A stretch of 64,000 bases of DNA, taken from NCBI RefSeq assembly GCF_003704095.1, contig NW_020844003.1, positions 1 to 64,000 of the forward strand. Direction: 5' to 3'. This DNA is from Pocillopora damicornis (Eukaryota). The position numbers and the translations under genes are program-made. Each line of letters opens with the position of its first letter. The stretch's first letter is position 1. Under the pieces are notes generated by a model. The model was not told the DNA's origin and did no database searches. It saw nothing but the letters and a program-made list of their open reading frames with translations. Shown here piece by piece: positions 63,265-64,000 of the stretch.

Positions 63265-63777
63265 CTAGTCGTCATCCTCGCCCTCTTCCTCCTCCTCCAC
63301 AGATATGGCGTGGTGCTTCATGAGTGCTTTCATCATGGCCTCTAGTTGTGTTGTGTGATCAAGGACAGTTTTCAGTTTCGCTTTGACGGTCATTACTTCT
63401 TCTTTCAACGCTTCCTGGTGGTTCTGGAGCTTCTCTATTGGTGTCTGGGAGAAAAGCAAAAGTTATTAACTATCAAAATTGATAATATTAACAACAACAA
63501 TTTGTCAGTTAAGAAATCTTAACGTTTTAACTTCAACTTTTCCATATTTACAACACTAAAGGATTAAAAAACAACCATGGTTGACATTCAGTCGATTACC
63601 AACCTTCTCGGGGTTCATAGCCTCGTAAATTGCTCTGGCAGGACTAACGGTTTGATTCCAAAACGACCAAATAGTCCAATACTTGTTTGAATTAGGATAA
63701 ACATCTTCCTGAGTTGTGGCAAACCTCTGTCTAAAAATGGCCGGAAGGGCCTTCTCCACATCTAAAGCAAGATCGAC
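63265..63777 (-). CDS. Last two exons of a TRPA-like transient receptor potential channel (rest beyond the window)
   Basis: Exons 63777-63604 (VDLALDVEKALPAIFRQRF, like the TRP-like helix region V.L...EK.LP of TRPA1) and 63444-63265 (C-terminal coiled coil and acidic tail). Confidence 0.65.
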
Positions 63778-64000
63778 CTAAACGAAAATCCACGTAAGGA
63801 AAATCAAGAGTAACTTCCGTTCTAAATCTATGTTTCGGTGTCTAATTCGAGTTGAGCTGAATTGCACAGACAAACCCATAATGTGGTTGTTCATAATCAG
63901 TTTCTGGGTAAAATTGAAATTAGGAGAGGAGGTTTTCGTAGAGGTAGGAAAACCGGAAAATACAAATATCGACTTCGCAGCACTTTCACGAAGGTCGAGA

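Overview
AT-rich, intron-containing animal genomic DNA, most likely from a scleractinian coral (inferred from the repeat families and gene content), with several N gaps. From left to right: a cluster of single-large-exon TPR-CHAT (caspase/separase-like protease) genes; CRYL1 (-) head-to-head with an A20/TNFAIP3-like OTU deubiquitinase (+) carrying 10 zinc fingers and tandem NF-kB sites; RPL24 (-) hosting a SNORD34-like C/D snoRNA and sharing a bidirectional promoter with an intronless CCDC28; AMPK beta (-); a GGA(I/L/V)/FxxN beta-helix + Cys-rich + multi-TM receptor-like gene (+) convergent with a secreted fibrinogen-domain lectin (-); APEX1 (+); and the 3' end of a TRPA-like channel (-). There are many MITEs, tRNA-derived palindromic repeats and minimal-hammerhead repeats. 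The most notable candidate system is the TPR-CHAT array. A single 69-nt phase-0 leader exon, downstream of an IRF/NF-kB-like motif cluster, could splice in frame to homologous acceptors in front of different whole-gene exons. Those exons have divergent TPR halves and apparently homogenised protease halves. Exon boundaries were derived by eye from GT-AG signals and reading-frame continuity and are not transcript-verified.
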